This document shows positions 63,090-64,000 of a DNA stretch of 64,000 nt, one piece after another. Origin of the DNA: Lama guanicoe. Its lineage: Eukaryota. The stretch lies in NCBI GenBank assembly GCA_013239625.1, contig MU053933.1, positions 2,629,026 through 2,693,025 on the forward strand, read 5' to 3'. The position numbers and the translations under genes are program-made. Each line of letters begins with the position of its first letter. The first letter of the stretch is position 1. The notes under the pieces were generated by a model. That model did no database searches, was not told the DNA's origin, and worked only from the letters and a program-made list of their open reading frames with translations.

Positions 63090-63460
63090 CCTCCGTCCCA
63101 GGGCGAGATGCCTGGAAGCTGCTGCCTCACCTGGTGAAAGGGAAGGTGCAGGTGTGCGTCAGGAACTAAACCTCTGACCTCAAAACAGGAGGCTGTCCTG
63201 GGTTATCCAGGTAGGCCCAGTATGAGTCCCTAAAATGGAGAGAGGCAGGCGGGAGGCGGAGATCAGCAGCGTCGTGGGCACTGACCCGCCAGGTTGGCAA
63301 GAGACAGCATGGCCATGAAGATGCAGGAGGCACACGGAAATCGTGAGCAGGACCGGGTCCTGCCAACAGCCCAAGGAAGATGAGAGCTGATTGTGCTGGT
63401 GCCTCCAGATGAGACCCTGTTGTTTGAAGCCCCGGGTGTGATGACCCGAAGCAGCCAAGG
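63090..63460 (+). mobile_element. MLT1-type (MaLR) LTR
   Basis: ggaggctgtcctgggttatccaggtaggccca...gtcccta...gagaggcagg and terminal tgttgtttgaagcc...gcagc. Confidence 0.7.
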
Positions 63461-63611
63461 CTGCACCTCATTGCAGGGCCCGGAGCATCTGTCCCCTCTC
63501 CGGCTCATGTCCCATCAGCAGAGGCTCCCGGCTGGGGACAGGACAGGCCCCCGTCCGGCTTCGAGCCTCTTATAAGCAGCACAGAATTCAACTTTAAACA
63601 GTCACCCTAGA

Positions 63612-63730
63612 GGGGAGGGCACAGCTCCGTGGTAGACGCGTGCCTAGCACGCACGAGGTCCTGGGTTCAACCCCCGGTCTCTCCACTAACATAAACAAAC
63701 TTAATTATCCACCCCGCAATTTTTTTTAAA
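63612..63730 (+). mobile_element. tRNA(Ala)-derived SINE, Vic-1-like (camelid)
   Basis: ggggagggcacagctccgtggtaga (A box)...gcacgaggtcctgggttcaacccccgg (B box), then tail taaacaaacttaattatccaccccg. Confidence 0.8.
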
Positions 63731-64000
63731 TCAGTCTAATCTTTTACTCAGTCTAGTCTTTAAACTGGAGTTTTTCTCTGTTGACACTTGCTGGGACTTC
63801 CAACATACTTGGGTTTACTTCTATATCGTGTTGATGAGTTTGTCCTTTTCCCTCTTGTTTCCTCCTGTCCTGCCTTTTGTGGGTTTGAGTCACTTTTTTT
63901 CTTATTTCACTTTCTCCTTTCAAATTAGCCTGAGAGTTACACTGTCTACCTGTCTCCTCTGGGTGGGGAATCTCAAAGCTTCATCCACCATTTACCTTAA

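Noticed and set aside
63612..63685. Possible tRNA-Ala gene
   Set aside because: Degenerate stems and a SINE-type tail indicate a retroposon.

Overview
Mammalian, very GC/CpG-rich genomic DNA containing the complete protein-coding part of ADARB1 (ADAR2/RED1, the A-to-I RNA editing deaminase) on the + strand. Nine coding exons (1792-1819, 5181-6121, 9381-9495, 11315-11483, 12180-12328, 13349-13517, 19845-20026, 36549-36727, 37584-37763) splice into one open frame of 2112 nt (703 aa + stop), with two dsRBDs and an intact zinc deaminase domain. A long 3'UTR runs to AATAAA signals at about 41.2 and 41.8 kb. The regulatory architecture is readable from the sequence: (i) the self-editing AA->AI acceptor 47 nt upstream of exon 2 and its editing-complementary sequence about 1.5 kb upstream; (ii) a GC-AG donor on exon 7; (iii) a 93-nt stop-containing cassette matching the reported human exon 7a. 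A speculative intron-1 cassette would restore the frame of the edited isoform. The rest is introns and intergenic DNA with L1, L2, MIR and LTR relics, two C-poor (TGGA/TGG)n tracts, a 9-bp minisatellite and a tRNA-derived SINE resembling camelid Vic-1, which suggests camel or alpaca. The main system is the known ADAR2 autoregulatory loop; the candidates for real novelty are labelled as inference. Repeat family names and human/rodent comparisons are from memory, not from a search.
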